From: a virus
Strand: one strand, 5' to 3'
Length of the DNA stretch: 64,000 bases
IMG/VR virus record: IMGVR_UViG_3300042691_013609
Coordinates: 1-64,000 of that record
How positions within the stretch are numbered: the stretch's first letter is position 1; each line of letters opens with the position of its first letter. Positions 49,355 to 57,675 of this stretch are shown in pieces. Under the pieces are notes generated by a model. It did no database searches. It was not told the origin of the DNA and saw only the letters and a program-made list of their open reading frames with translations. The position numbers were made by a program, and so were the translations under genes.

Positions 49355-50061
49355 ATTGAATCTTTTAGAAATAAAGGAGAATTGTTGTTTCTCAAATCCT
49401 GTATATGCATCAAGGCTTTAGAGAATGAAATATATCTAGCTTCATCGTATGTATCTATGGAGTCTCCCCTATTAGTAGCTAACTCTATATAGGGGTCTTC
49501 TGAAGTATAAAGCATTTTGTTTTCATCGAAAAACATTACAACATAATAATATGTTGACGGCATAATACTATCTAATTTCACAAGTAGATATATGTTGTAA
49601 TTTCTCTTTAACCAATTCTCTAAAAACAAATACTCCATATTTATTTCCCTGCTATCTAAAGAACACTTATCCAATTCTTTAGCTGATATAGGATAATTCA
49701 TTTTATAACCTAACTCACAGGCTCTCTCAAATAAGCCACGACATTTTTTACTTGAAGCAGGATTGTTTCCAGTCACAATAGAAGTCTTTCGACCTACGTG
49801 TAAATCTTTATCTACTTCTTTTTTTACCGGAACTTGGTCTTGAAGTTTGCTTTCCCCATCTTTTCTTATTCTACTCATTGCCGCTTCACAATATAAAGCA
49901 AAATCCATAGCTTCGGCCTGTGCCTCTTTTAACCAATCTATTAGATTGTAATCATCCCTTTCAAGAGTAGTACCATATTTTTCTAACCCAACTATGGATC
50001 TATCTGTAATTTTCCTAATTACGCTGCGGACATGGCGGTCATAAACAAATTCTTCGTGCAT
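49351..50061 (-). CDS. two-domain protein with an N-terminal all-alpha NTP-pyrophosphatase (MazG/dUTPase-like) domain
   Basis: RS.VG..KYGTTL.R.D....WL..AQ.E.MD...Y; ATG 50061 preferred because a -7 box overlaps the TTG at 50082. Confidence 0.55.
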   Translation of the reverse strand: MHEEFVYDRHVRSVIRKITDRSIVGLEKYGTTLERDDYNLIDWLKEAQAEAMDFALYCEAAMSRIRKDGESKLQDQVPVKKEVDKDLHVGRKTSIVTGNNPASSKKCRGLFERACELGYKMNYPISAKELDKCSLDSREINMEYLFLENWLKRNYNIYLLVKLDSIMPSTYYYVVMFFDENKMLYTSEDPYIELATNRGDSIDTYDEARYISFSKALMHIQDLRNNNSPLFLKDSI

Positions 50062-50079
50062 AATATTTATTATTTTTTG

Positions 50080-50087
50080 CAAAGATA
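50080..50087 (-). promoter_or_regulatory. Bacteroidota -7 box
   Basis: TATCTTTG(CA) in an AT-rich gap. Confidence 0.65.
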
Positions 50088-50112
50088 ATTATTATTTATT
50101 AATTTTCAATAG

Positions 50113-50514
50113 TTACTCGTAAAAATTTGCATCATCTTCCATCATCTGAGTAAGGATTTCCTTTTGTTCTACCTTATCTGGAAATACTTTCTCTTCTCTA
50201 ACAAATTCAAATTCAGAGTAAGACTCTTTCTGATCTTTAAAGTAATAGTCCAAAAGAATATACAACTCCCACACAGCAGCGTAATCTAATTTAATTTTGC
50301 CGAAGTTAAAGTCATCATTAAAATGTTTTACATTAACCCCATTTCCAGTATCAACTAACCTCATCAACTTTTGGCCTTTAAGACTATCTACCCATTCAGA
50401 ATCTTTTCCATAAAACATTGTCCAAATGTCTTTATCCATGCCCTTAACACTTCTCTCTATTTCGTAATTTCCATAATTATTTTCTAAGATTTTTACTTTT
50501 ACTTTATTACTCAT
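50113..50514 (-). CDS. hypothetical protein
   Basis: 133-aa ORF, ATGA-coupled. Confidence 0.7.
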   Translation of the reverse strand: MSNKVKVKILENNYGNYEIERSVKGMDKDIWTMFYGKDSEWVDSLKGQKLMRLVDTGNGVNVKHFNDDFNFGKIKLDYAAVWELYILLDYYFKDQKESYSEFEFVREEKVFPDKVEQKEILTQMMEDDANFYE

Positions 50515-50822
50515 ATTTTTTCAATTTTGTACAATGAATTTTTTGTTTTAAAAATAATATACTCATCGGTTTGTTCTACAATCTGAGTGACCCCAGTAGT
50601 TTGCCACGTGAACAAGGCTCCAAATTGTGGATCTAACACCAAGCTCCTGCCAAAATCAGGCTCATCAAAGGCTTCCTTAAATGTTCCATTTTCATTGAAC
50701 TCAATCCATTTAATCTTCTCAGCTGTTTTTAGAAAGGAAGGATCATTTGGCTTCGTAAGATTATAATTAACCTCTCCTTGTATTATGTCCATTAGTAGGA
50801 CGGGTCTTTTAATCTTGCTCAT
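50511..50822 (-). CDS. conserved phage protein
   Basis: GRSL.LDP....FTWQTT.VT.I......F.T.NS.Y. Confidence 0.7.
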   Translation of the reverse strand: MSKIKRPVLLMDIIQGEVNYNLTKPNDPSFLKTAEKIKWIEFNENGTFKEAFDEPDFGRSLVLDPQFGALFTWQTTGVTQIVEQTDEYIIFKTKNSLYKIEKI

Positions 50823-50861
50823 TATTTTCCAAATCTTTTACCGATTATTTTTTGAAAAAAT

Positions 50862-51099
50862 GCTCCTTATTCTCTTACCCTTTTATTTCGGAGCTGACCT
50901 GCTTATCCACATTCTTATAACTTCTCGTGTCCAAATGATTATGGACCGTTGTGTCTTTGAATTGATACGAGTTTCTCAAGGGTACAGGCCAAAATATTGC
51001 AAATTGCAATATACAATAATATTGTCAATACAGATACTCCACCTACGTTTAAGGCTGGCTTGTGGGGCGAGGACTACCTACGGCTCTTTTATCTGTATT
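50862..51099 (-). ncRNA. candidate structured RNA island A with pseudoknot
   Basis: No credible minus-strand ORF; several nested stems and a 7-bp loop pairing (see findings). Confidence 0.5.
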
Positions 51100-51104
51100 T
51101 ATTT

Positions 51105-51284
51105 TTAATAAGTTCCTCCGACAGTTCTTGGAAGACTTTTTACAACTTTTTGAACCTCTTCTGAATTCAATTTAATTGTAACCCCGTCTTTTGTTATAAA
51201 CATTTCTAAACCTTCAGCCCAGTGCGAATAAGATTTAGTTGAATTGTTACATGATGTTATTGTAAATACAGAAAATTCACTCAT
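51105..51284 (-). CDS. hypothetical protein (59 aa)
   Basis: MSEFSVFTITSC...VGGTY; ATGA overlap with the HNH stop. Confidence 0.65.
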   Translation of the reverse strand: MSEFSVFTITSCNNSTKSYSHWAEGLEMFITKDGVTIKLNSEEVQKVVKSLPRTVGGTY

Positions 51285-51769
51285 GATTTATTTAAAATTT
51301 TAAACCTAATTTGTGTGCCTCTTATTATTTTACTTTTCCAAGCAAAAGGGCCACTCGCGCCTTCTTCTTCATACATATATAAACTTGCTTCTTTAATAGA
51401 AGAAAATACCTTATTAGTTTGTGTATCTAAAACTTTTCTGCTACAGACCTCTTTTGATTTTTTAGTCATCTCAGCCAAATATTCTGAATCGTTTTTTATC
51501 CTGCCTTTATCTACGGCATCTTGCCAATTATCTTTGGCTGAACCTAAGAATAGATGATCCGGGTTAACACATTTTCTATTGTCACATGAGTGACATACAT
51601 ACATACCTTTAGGAATCTCTCCTTTATGTAGAGTATAAGAAAGCCTGTGGGCATCTAATACTTTTCCATCTACTTTGATAGCGCCATAACCTGTCTTACC
51701 TCTTAGACCGGCCGTCCATTCCCAACATCCGTCTTCTATCTTATTTATTTTACTATAAAACCTTTCCAT
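51281..51769 (-). CDS. HNH homing endonuclease
   Basis: CWEW.......GYG, AHRLSY, VCHSCDNRKCVNPDHL..G..KDN. Confidence 0.92.
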   Translation of the reverse strand: MERFYSKINKIEDGCWEWTAGLRGKTGYGAIKVDGKVLDAHRLSYTLHKGEIPKGMYVCHSCDNRKCVNPDHLFLGSAKDNWQDAVDKGRIKNDSEYLAEMTKKSKEVCSRKVLDTQTNKVFSSIKEASLYMYEEEGASGPFAWKSKIIRGTQIRFKILNKS

Positions 51770-51787
51770 TTATTTTACTTTTTTTAA

Positions 51788-51912
51788 AAAGATATGTGGT
51801 GTCGCTCCACTGCCTCTACAACCTAAGAATTTCGCTCAAAAGGGACTTCTAGAACTTATGTCCGTTTCGTACTAATCCGAATTGCTAACACCATTTTTGA
51901 ATGGATATCTTT
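51788..51912 (-). ncRNA. candidate structured RNA island B
   Basis: Ends pair (AAAGAUAU/AUAUCUUU; UGGUGUUAGC/GCGACACCA), enclosing an irregular hairpin. Confidence 0.4.
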
Positions 51913-51929
51913 GTATTAATTGTGGTCAC

Positions 51930-52121
51930 TCATAACCATTTTCCAAATCTAAAATTAGTAAACCCTATTCCAGATATATCTGGATCATTTTTATATATCT
52001 CTTCTAATTCTTTATAATACGGAGATTCTTTAGGTTCGCTAGTAGCCTCTGTTTTATACAGTATTTTTTCACATGGTTTATCTCTACGAAGATAATAAAA
52101 AATATATTCTCGTTTTGCCAT
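51930..52121 (-). CDS. hypothetical protein
   Basis: 63 aa with A-rich leader. Confidence 0.65.
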   Translation of the reverse strand: MAKREYIFYYLRRDKPCEKILYKTEATSEPKESPYYKELEEIYKNDPDISGIGFTNFRFGKWL

Positions 52122-52144
52122 TCTATTTTTTATTTTATTATTTT

Positions 52145-52482
52145 AAAAACCCGCAAGATACATGATGCGTCCATCAGTAGAGCTTGCAGGATACGTTACA
52201 ATTTATACCTTGGGCTATTCATTGTAACAAGAAGACCAGAGGGCAGTTCTTTGGGATGCTTCCTGGTACGTTATTAAAAAGCCAGGAAAGCGAGCGTGGA
52301 CACCACGCTCCTAAACTCTCCTAGCACGAAATTCTCCACTAAGTCTCGGTATACACAACATAGGAGAATTAGAAATAGGGAGCTACCCATCTTTCCTATA
52401 ACCGATCGCATCCTATAGAGGCTGGTAGTATTATTCCACCCAGAAGTTTAAAACTTCCTTTCATTGCACCTATAGCGAAACT
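52145..52482 (-). ncRNA. candidate ~335-nt multi-stem RNA (island C) directly 3' of the tRNA, ending in a terminator-like hairpin
   Basis: About eight local stems plus long-range pairings; G-U pairs favour the minus strand. Confidence 0.6.
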
Positions 52483-52485
52483 GGG

Positions 52486-52559
52486 TGGGCTAAATAGGGC
52501 TTGAACCTATGACCTACTGATTATGAGTCAGTTGCTCTAACCTACTGAGCTATTAGCCC
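52486..52559 (-). tRNA. tRNA with CAT anticodon (Ile2-like; Met not excluded)
   Basis: Acceptor GGGCTAA/TTAGCCC, D arm GCTC/GAGC, anticodon loop CTCATAA, T loop GGTTCAAG; 74 nt; no exact CCA after the discriminator. Confidence 0.95.
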
Positions 52560-52572
52560 TTAAAGATGATTA

Positions 52573-52580
52573 CAAATTTA
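52573..52580 (-). promoter_or_regulatory. Bacteroidota -7 box for the tRNA/ncRNA transcript
   Basis: TAAATTTG 13 nt upstream of the tRNA 5' end. Confidence 0.7.
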
Positions 52581-52620
52581 GTACATATTTTTATATTATA
52601 TTGTTAAATGATTGTTAAAT

Positions 52621-52650
52621 ATAGGGGGAGTTTTATTTTCCTCCCCCTAT
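52621..52650 (-). terminator. hairpin downstream of the primase operon
   Basis: Perfect 10-bp stem ATAGGGGGAG/CTCCCCCTAT; weak U tract. Confidence 0.6.
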
Positions 52651-52680
52651 CCGTGGCAGACACGTTATCAGAGGCGTATA

Positions 52681-53208
52681 TTATTGGAAGTTAAACTTCT
52701 CTTTGTTTGAATCATACCAAGTAAATAACCTACTATGCTGTAAATTTGGTTGGCTATACGCATTTTCGGGTTTAAAAAATAGGTAATCTAATCTTTTATT
52801 ATACACAGATTCCTCCGTTTCAAAGTAAGAAACAATTAGACTATATATCTCTTTATGGGTAAAAGATGTCTCCGCCCTAAACCAAGCGATAAGTTTTAAT
52901 AGTTTATTTTTTGGACATATTACTAATTCTTCTTCTTTGTATTTATCTAATAGGTAATCGGCAAGTTTCTCATCGTTCTCATGGTAATTAGGTATTTGTA
53001 TCTTGTCTAAGATTTCTTTTCCTTTTTTATTTAATCTTACTTCCCCGTTTTTCAGAGTCTGAGTGTAATCTGATAGATGCAGTATAGTAAAGTTATCAAC
53101 TATGTACTGGTTCAAATCCTCTGTACGATTTTGATGTATCGCTTGCAAAGCCACTATATCTGCTACAGATAGTTCTACTTTTTTCAAGTAGTTAAAATTT
53201 ATATACAT
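52681..53208 (-). CDS. hypothetical replication-region protein
   Basis: 175-aa ORF. Confidence 0.7.
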   Translation of the reverse strand: MYINFNYLKKVELSVADIVALQAIHQNRTEDLNQYIVDNFTILHLSDYTQTLKNGEVRLNKKGKEILDKIQIPNYHENDEKLADYLLDKYKEEELVICPKNKLLKLIAWFRAETSFTHKEIYSLIVSYFETEESVYNKRLDYLFFKPENAYSQPNLQHSRLFTWYDSNKEKFNFQ

Positions 53209-53561
53209 TGATCTGAATTTTCTATGTTATCTTCCTCCTCTTCTTTAAAGGATACTATGTTGTTGTATTTTATATAAGCTGTTTCCCACCTTGCTAAGTA
53301 AGCAGTTATTACTTTTGATTCGTTTTCTGATGTTTTAAAATTTTTAACCAGCCATTTTTGCATTACATAAACATTGCAATTTTGCTCTTTGTCATCAGTC
53401 TCTTCACAGCCTGGTATAAAAGATAGTAACTCACTATTTTTTAGTGGTTCTATTAATTCATAACCATCCCCGACATCATCTAAATAAAAGTTATTCCTTC
53501 TTTCATAAACAACCTGCCCAGGTTTTAACTTACTTTTTGTTAACTTCTTCAATTTTTTCAT
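53199..53561 (-). CDS. hypothetical protein
   Basis: 120 aa, ATGA-coupled to primase. Confidence 0.65.
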   Translation of the reverse strand: MKKLKKLTKSKLKPGQVVYERRNNFYLDDVGDGYELIEPLKNSELLSFIPGCEETDDKEQNCNVYVMQKWLVKNFKTSENESKVITAYLARWETAYIKYNNIVSFKEEEEDNIENSDQCI

Positions 53562-54526
53562 ATCAATATCTTTTCTATAAGGCGTTTTAAGGCGGAATAG
53601 CCAAGGTTTACGGCAACTTCGTCTACATCCTTGATACCTTTCGTATATAGGTAATTGGATACGTCTAAAGGCAAATAAACGCCCTTTATACGGCCATTAC
53701 TTTCATTCTCAATACTTTGTGTGCTGTTTTCACCAGCCCGGTCAAAATCTAATAAACAATAAATATTATCATATTGTTTAAAATCATTTTCAATTTCCTT
53801 TAAAAGACCCCTGTAGTTACCTTCAGCTAATACGGAAGTAGTATCAAATGGTAGTTTTAAATTATCAAAAACCATTTTGTCTTTCTTAGAAGATAGTATT
53901 ACTAAATCTTTATTTATATTTTTGAGCGGGGATTCGTAGTTAACTAAAGAGATGTTGTGCGACATCCACTTTAAATCACCTTGATCCATAGGACTATACA
54001 ACTTCCAAGAAGACTTGTCACCCCTCATGTAATATATAAACTTAGGTAAATCAGGAGTTGATGTACATTTAAACTTACCATCTATTAGAAGCATCTTTAA
54101 AGGAAAGACTAAGTTGTCAGTGAGTTGTGCTTCTGTTACTCCCCTTTTATCCCAATACTCCAACTCAAACTTTCTATAAGATGTGAATGGTATTACATCT
54201 CTTTTTACTTGTTTAACATGTTTTTTGCGTACATTTTCTATTGAATGACTATTACCTTTCAGTATTTCCTTTGCTGTTCTCAATGCATCAGCGAACCCAA
54301 CTGATTCGATAGCCATGATAAACTCAAAAATATTACCACCTTCACCAGTACCAAAGTCTTTCCATCTTATGTTTCCATTTGTTTCGTATGTGGAAAAACT
54401 TGGATTACCCTCGTCTCTTAAAGGAGAGTGTACCCTATAAAATAACTTAACACCGTAGTGTTCATAAATTTGCTCCTGCTCCACAAGAGTAAATAATTTT
54501 TTATCTTGACTAGCAACTAACGCCAT
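53558..54526 (-). CDS. DNA primase (DnaG/TOPRIM type)
   Basis: SPLR.E.NPSF...WKDFGTGEGGNIF; TOPRIM SSKKD, AEG, LDFDRAG, KDVDE. Confidence 0.85.
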   Translation of the reverse strand: MALVASQDKKLFTLVEQEQIYEHYGVKLFYRVHSPLRDEGNPSFSTYETNGNIRWKDFGTGEGGNIFEFIMAIESVGFADALRTAKEILKGNSHSIENVRKKHVKQVKRDVIPFTSYRKFELEYWDKRGVTEAQLTDNLVFPLKMLLIDGKFKCTSTPDLPKFIYYMRGDKSSWKLYSPMDQGDLKWMSHNISLVNYESPLKNINKDLVILSSKKDKMVFDNLKLPFDTTSVLAEGNYRGLLKEIENDFKQYDNIYCLLDFDRAGENSTQSIENESNGRIKGVYLPLDVSNYLYTKGIKDVDEVAVNLGYSALKRLIEKILI

Positions 54527-54715
54527 TGTTATTTATTTTTTATTTCTTAATCATTCTTCGTATTTGTAATAATATTTATCAATTAAATAAGATATAAGTG
54601 ATAGTATAAATAGAATAATTACCATTTAGTATTTATATTGTGGGGGGATGTTTTAACCACCACATTTGAAAAAATCAATTCACAAATCAATAATTGGGCA
54701 GCCTCCGCGAATATG

Positions 54716-55021
54716 CTAATCTGTGGAACCTGCTGCTGCGGTAACGTCTTCACCTTTTAAAACTTTATCTAAAAAGTCTTTGAACTTGATTGGTGGTTGC
54801 TTCTTAACATCGTAGAACAAATCGAAATCATCTACATTAACTTGAGACAATATGGAATCCTCCTTCTCATAGAGTGGGTCTGATAAGTTAAACCATTCTT
54901 TTGTTTTGATTATCGCGGAATCTAATTGGACTAGCCCGTCTTTAGTTTCGCCTGATATAGTCCCAATAAAGTCAACACCTAAATGAGAACCATAAACCAT
55001 AGTACCTTTGCTATACTTCAT
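54716..55021 (-). CDS. hypothetical protein
   Basis: 101 aa; preceded by a TATTTTTG -7 box at 55039-55046. Confidence 0.7.
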   Translation of the reverse strand: MKYSKGTMVYGSHLGVDFIGTISGETKDGLVQLDSAIIKTKEWFNLSDPLYEKEDSILSQVNVDDFDLFYDVKKQPPIKFKDFLDKVLKGEDVTAAAGSTD

Positions 55022-55065
55022 ATAATTTATTTAAAATACAAAAATAATGTTTTATTATTAATAAG

Positions 55066-55371
55066 TCAAGAGTTTTTGAGAATATTTTTTATCTCATCAT
55101 TTGTAGTCCATATCATACTATACGATGGCGCTCCTTTTAATGTAGGTATTTCTCTTACCTCCCCGGAATACTTAGATCTTGGTAACAAATCGAGCGATGC
55201 TTCCATATATTTCATAATGCAATTACTATTAAGTATTGATTTTTTATTTAAAGAGATTGATTCTTTTAATCTCGCCCTGTAGGCGGGGCGGGAGACAATT
55301 GTCTTCACCACCCCTACCTCAAGGGAATCAATAACCAAATCAACTAACCTATGCAAATCACTTTCTATCAT
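55066..55371 (-). CDS. hypothetical protein
   Basis: 101-aa ORF. Confidence 0.6.
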   Translation of the reverse strand: MIESDLHRLVDLVIDSLEVGVVKTIVSRPAYRARLKESISLNKKSILNSNCIMKYMEASLDLLPRSKYSGEVREIPTLKGAPSYSMIWTTNDEIKNILKNS

Positions 55372-55373
55372 TA

Positions 55374-56012
55374 TTATTTATTTACATCAACTACTTGAGA
55401 TACTTTTCTTTTTCTTCCTCTCTTCTTTAAGACTTTTGCCGGCAACTCTGATTTCTCCTGCTGAGGCTTGTAATCACTATGCTTCTTCGCTAATTCAAGT
55501 GCCGTGTAATACACAGATAAAGGGAAGATAGTTGTGATAAGTGCATAGAAAAAGAATCTAAAAGATAAGTCGTGTTGTATATAAGACATACCTATATTGA
55601 TGAATATAGCAAACCATAGATACATAACTGCCAACTTATGGTTGCCTCTGATGGAGAATATAACAATGTACAACTCAACACAGATTGCAAGTAACGCACT
55701 ATGTAACCATGCCCAAAACCCATCGCCAATGAATGTTAGGTTGGCTATTACCATTGCGGTATGCACTGCCTGTAATAAAGAAGTCGCAGTAAGTATCGTG
55801 ATGATCATATTGCGTGACTTAAAAAACTTTTCTAAGTCTGTTTGATTGTTGCTTATTAGGCTCATCTTTTTTTGATTTTGTTTTAAAGTTAAAATAATAT
55901 TCTTTATATCATCCTTGTGAAACCAGTCGTTGTACTTGTCTTTCATTAAGGTCTTACTCCTATCTGATTCTCTATCGAGCCACAAAGATAATGCATCTAA
56001 ATCATTAGCCAT
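55374..56012 (-). CDS. multi-pass membrane protein with basic tail
   Basis: Four hydrophobic segments, then KKRGRKRK. Confidence 0.7.
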   Translation of the reverse strand: MANDLDALSLWLDRESDRSKTLMKDKYNDWFHKDDIKNIILTLKQNQKKMSLISNNQTDLEKFFKSRNMIITILTATSLLQAVHTAMVIANLTFIGDGFWAWLHSALLAICVELYIVIFSIRGNHKLAVMYLWFAIFINIGMSYIQHDLSFRFFFYALITTIFPLSVYYTALELAKKHSDYKPQQEKSELPAKVLKKRGRKRKVSQVVDVNK

Positions 56013-56145
56013 ATTAAATTAAAAAACTTGTGAGTTTATTTTATTTAGTTGGTCTTTTGTAAATAGGTATTCGTTGCCTGGTTCTAAGTTTATATATGCT
56101 GAGGTCTTCACCTTGTCTACATATATCCTCCCGATAAGCAACCCT

Positions 56146-56463
56146 TCAAGTTGTTCTAATACTATCTCTTGCATAAAATAATTGTAATTGTTTGTTTAAA
56201 AAATTTCTAAGTCTCTGTTCTTCTTCCATGTCAGACTTTGTATAAAAGTATTCCCTCTTCCTTGATGCTGAATCTTTTAATACTATCTCTAACATATCTT
56301 TTAAGTTTGTTAACTTCCTTCCTTGGCTTGATGTAAGATACCATTTACCATCATCCTCGTAACATCTTATTGGCGGCTTCTTCATATTTGAATTATCGAA
56401 CAAGAAGTTTAATTTAGTAACTGCTTCTTTCTTTGACTCATATGGTTTCTTATCTTCTCTCAT
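56146..56463 (-). CDS. hypothetical protein
   Basis: Y.SK.EA...PIRCY...GKWYLTS. Confidence 0.7.
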   Translation of the reverse strand: MREDKKPYESKKEAVTKLNFLFDNSNMKKPPIRCYEDDGKWYLTSSQGRKLTNLKDMLEIVLKDSASRKREYFYTKSDMEEEQRLRNFLNKQLQLFYARDSIRTT

Positions 56464-56480
56464 TTTAATTTAATTTTTAA

Positions 56481-56690
56481 TTAATCATAATTTCTAATTT
56501 TGTTTGGCTCAATTATTTTCCACGCATTCAATATCCTATCCACACGATTGACATTTAAAACTGCTCTGCCAGCGTGTTTTAAATACAAAGATACGACAGA
56601 TACATGGACACCCGAATACAAAGAAAGCAAACTAATCTCCTTGTGTTGTATAACTTTCCTTATTCTTTTTAGTTGTTCTACTTTATTCAT
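56481..56690 (-). CDS. small basic, possibly HTH, protein
   Basis: ISLLSLYSGVHVSVVSLYLK has HTH-like spacing. Confidence 0.5.
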   Translation of the reverse strand: MNKVEQLKRIRKVIQHKEISLLSLYSGVHVSVVSLYLKHAGRAVLNVNRVDRILNAWKIIEPNKIRNYD

Positions 56691-57138
56691 TATAATCTTT
56701 TACAGATATAACAAAATTCTTTATAGTATCGTATGTTCCGACAGGCACTTGTGTTGAATGCTCGTCTATGATATACCCAAACTCATCTGATATAGTTACG
56801 TGTGACATATCACCAAGCCAAGAGTCTGATACTTTAGAATAGTTTACTTGGTAATTGCTATCATTATAACAAACAATCATATTGTATGAAGTTGTCTTTG
56901 TGCAAGACTCGATGAATGGTGCAGACACACCTGCCGAATTACCATCCCATTCCAAATACTCTATAACCCCTTTATCAAAGGCTTCGTCAATATCTTGATA
57001 GCCATTAACTAAACACCAAAACGTTGCATCTTCAGAGTACTTAAAGAAGTATTCTTCATCATTTAGTTTGGCATAGTAGCCAGAGTTCATACCTTCTCCG
57101 GTAGCGGAGCAAACCTTAGCATAATTGATTCTCATCAT
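56683..57138 (-). CDS. early-region hypothetical protein
   Basis: C..TGEGMN.GY motif; acidic. Confidence 0.7.
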   Translation of the reverse strand: MMRINYAKVCSATGEGMNSGYYAKLNDEEYFFKYSEDATFWCLVNGYQDIDEAFDKGVIEYLEWDGNSAGVSAPFIESCTKTTSYNMIVCYNDSNYQVNYSKVSDSWLGDMSHVTISDEFGYIIDEHSTQVPVGTYDTIKNFVISVKDYNE

Positions 57139-57386
57139 TGTTGTATTATTTGGTCAGAAAAATAAATGTCAATACTAATACCATCATAGTTTGTATAGTT
57201 GCCTGCATCCACATACTCAGACAAATCTTCTTCTGAGATGTCCCCTTCTTCTTCACGTATTAAATCCATGAACATCTGTTCTGCATCTACAATTACATCA
57301 GATGATTTTTCCTCGTCAGTAATTATGTAGGAGTATGATTCACTAATCATACCCCTATCAGTTTTTAAAACGTTGATTATTCTCAT
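57135..57386 (-). CDS. small highly acidic early protein
   Basis: 21 D/E versus 5 K/R in 83 aa (hand count). Confidence 0.7.
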   Translation of the reverse strand: MRIINVLKTDRGMISESYSYIITDEEKSSDVIVDAEQMFMDLIREEEGDISEEDLSEYVDAGNYTNYDGISIDIYFSDQIIQQ

Positions 57387-57388
57387 AT

Positions 57389-57661
57389 CTATTTTAATTT
57401 ATCATCTAAGAAATCTTCCAATAAATCAAAGAACTCTCCGTCTTCTAAAGGAAGATCTCTTGTAGCGAGAAAATGTTCAAACTCAAATGTCAAGTCTTCG
57501 GCTAATTCGTAGAGACCACCTATACCTTGCATGGTATCAATCGTAATTATTTTATCAGAGGTCTCAGCGTTGCTCATAATATAAGACGCTATTTCAAAAT
57601 GTGTTTCTAATAAATTAGACAGACCTCTTGGTGTTTGAATGTGTTGTGTTATTTGCTGCAT
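57389..57661 (-). CDS. small acidic early protein
   Basis: LETHFEI...G.GGLYELAEDLT.EFE. Confidence 0.7.
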   Translation of the reverse strand: MQQITQHIQTPRGLSNLLETHFEIASYIMSNAETSDKIITIDTMQGIGGLYELAEDLTFEFEHFLATRDLPLEDGEFFDLLEDFLDDKLK

Positions 57662-57675
57662 TGTATTTATTTTAA

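Noticed and set aside
51060-51085. UCCUCGC resembling the HDV/theta ribozyme L3 loop; ACAAGC/GUGGAG resembling twister
   Set aside because: Flanking P3/P1 (or P4/P2) pairings cannot be built, and no theta fold follows the tRNA 3' end
50785-51108. 107-aa plus-strand ORF
   Set aside because: Antisense to the operon, overlaps gene 50511-50822, implausible composition; region better explained as non-coding
51863-51882. CGGAUUA-GUAC-GAAAC as a hammerhead core
   Set aside because: Two invariant positions of CUGAnGA differ and stem II is missing
52145-52482. tmRNA, RNase P RNA or group I intron identity for island C
   Set aside because: No tRNA-like ends or tag ORF, no GAGGAAAGUCC, no recognisable P7 core or interrupted gene
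55983-55990. TATCTTTG inside gene 55374-56012 as an internal promoter
   Set aside because: Lies in coding sequence; the 8-mer arises often by chance in AT-rich DNA
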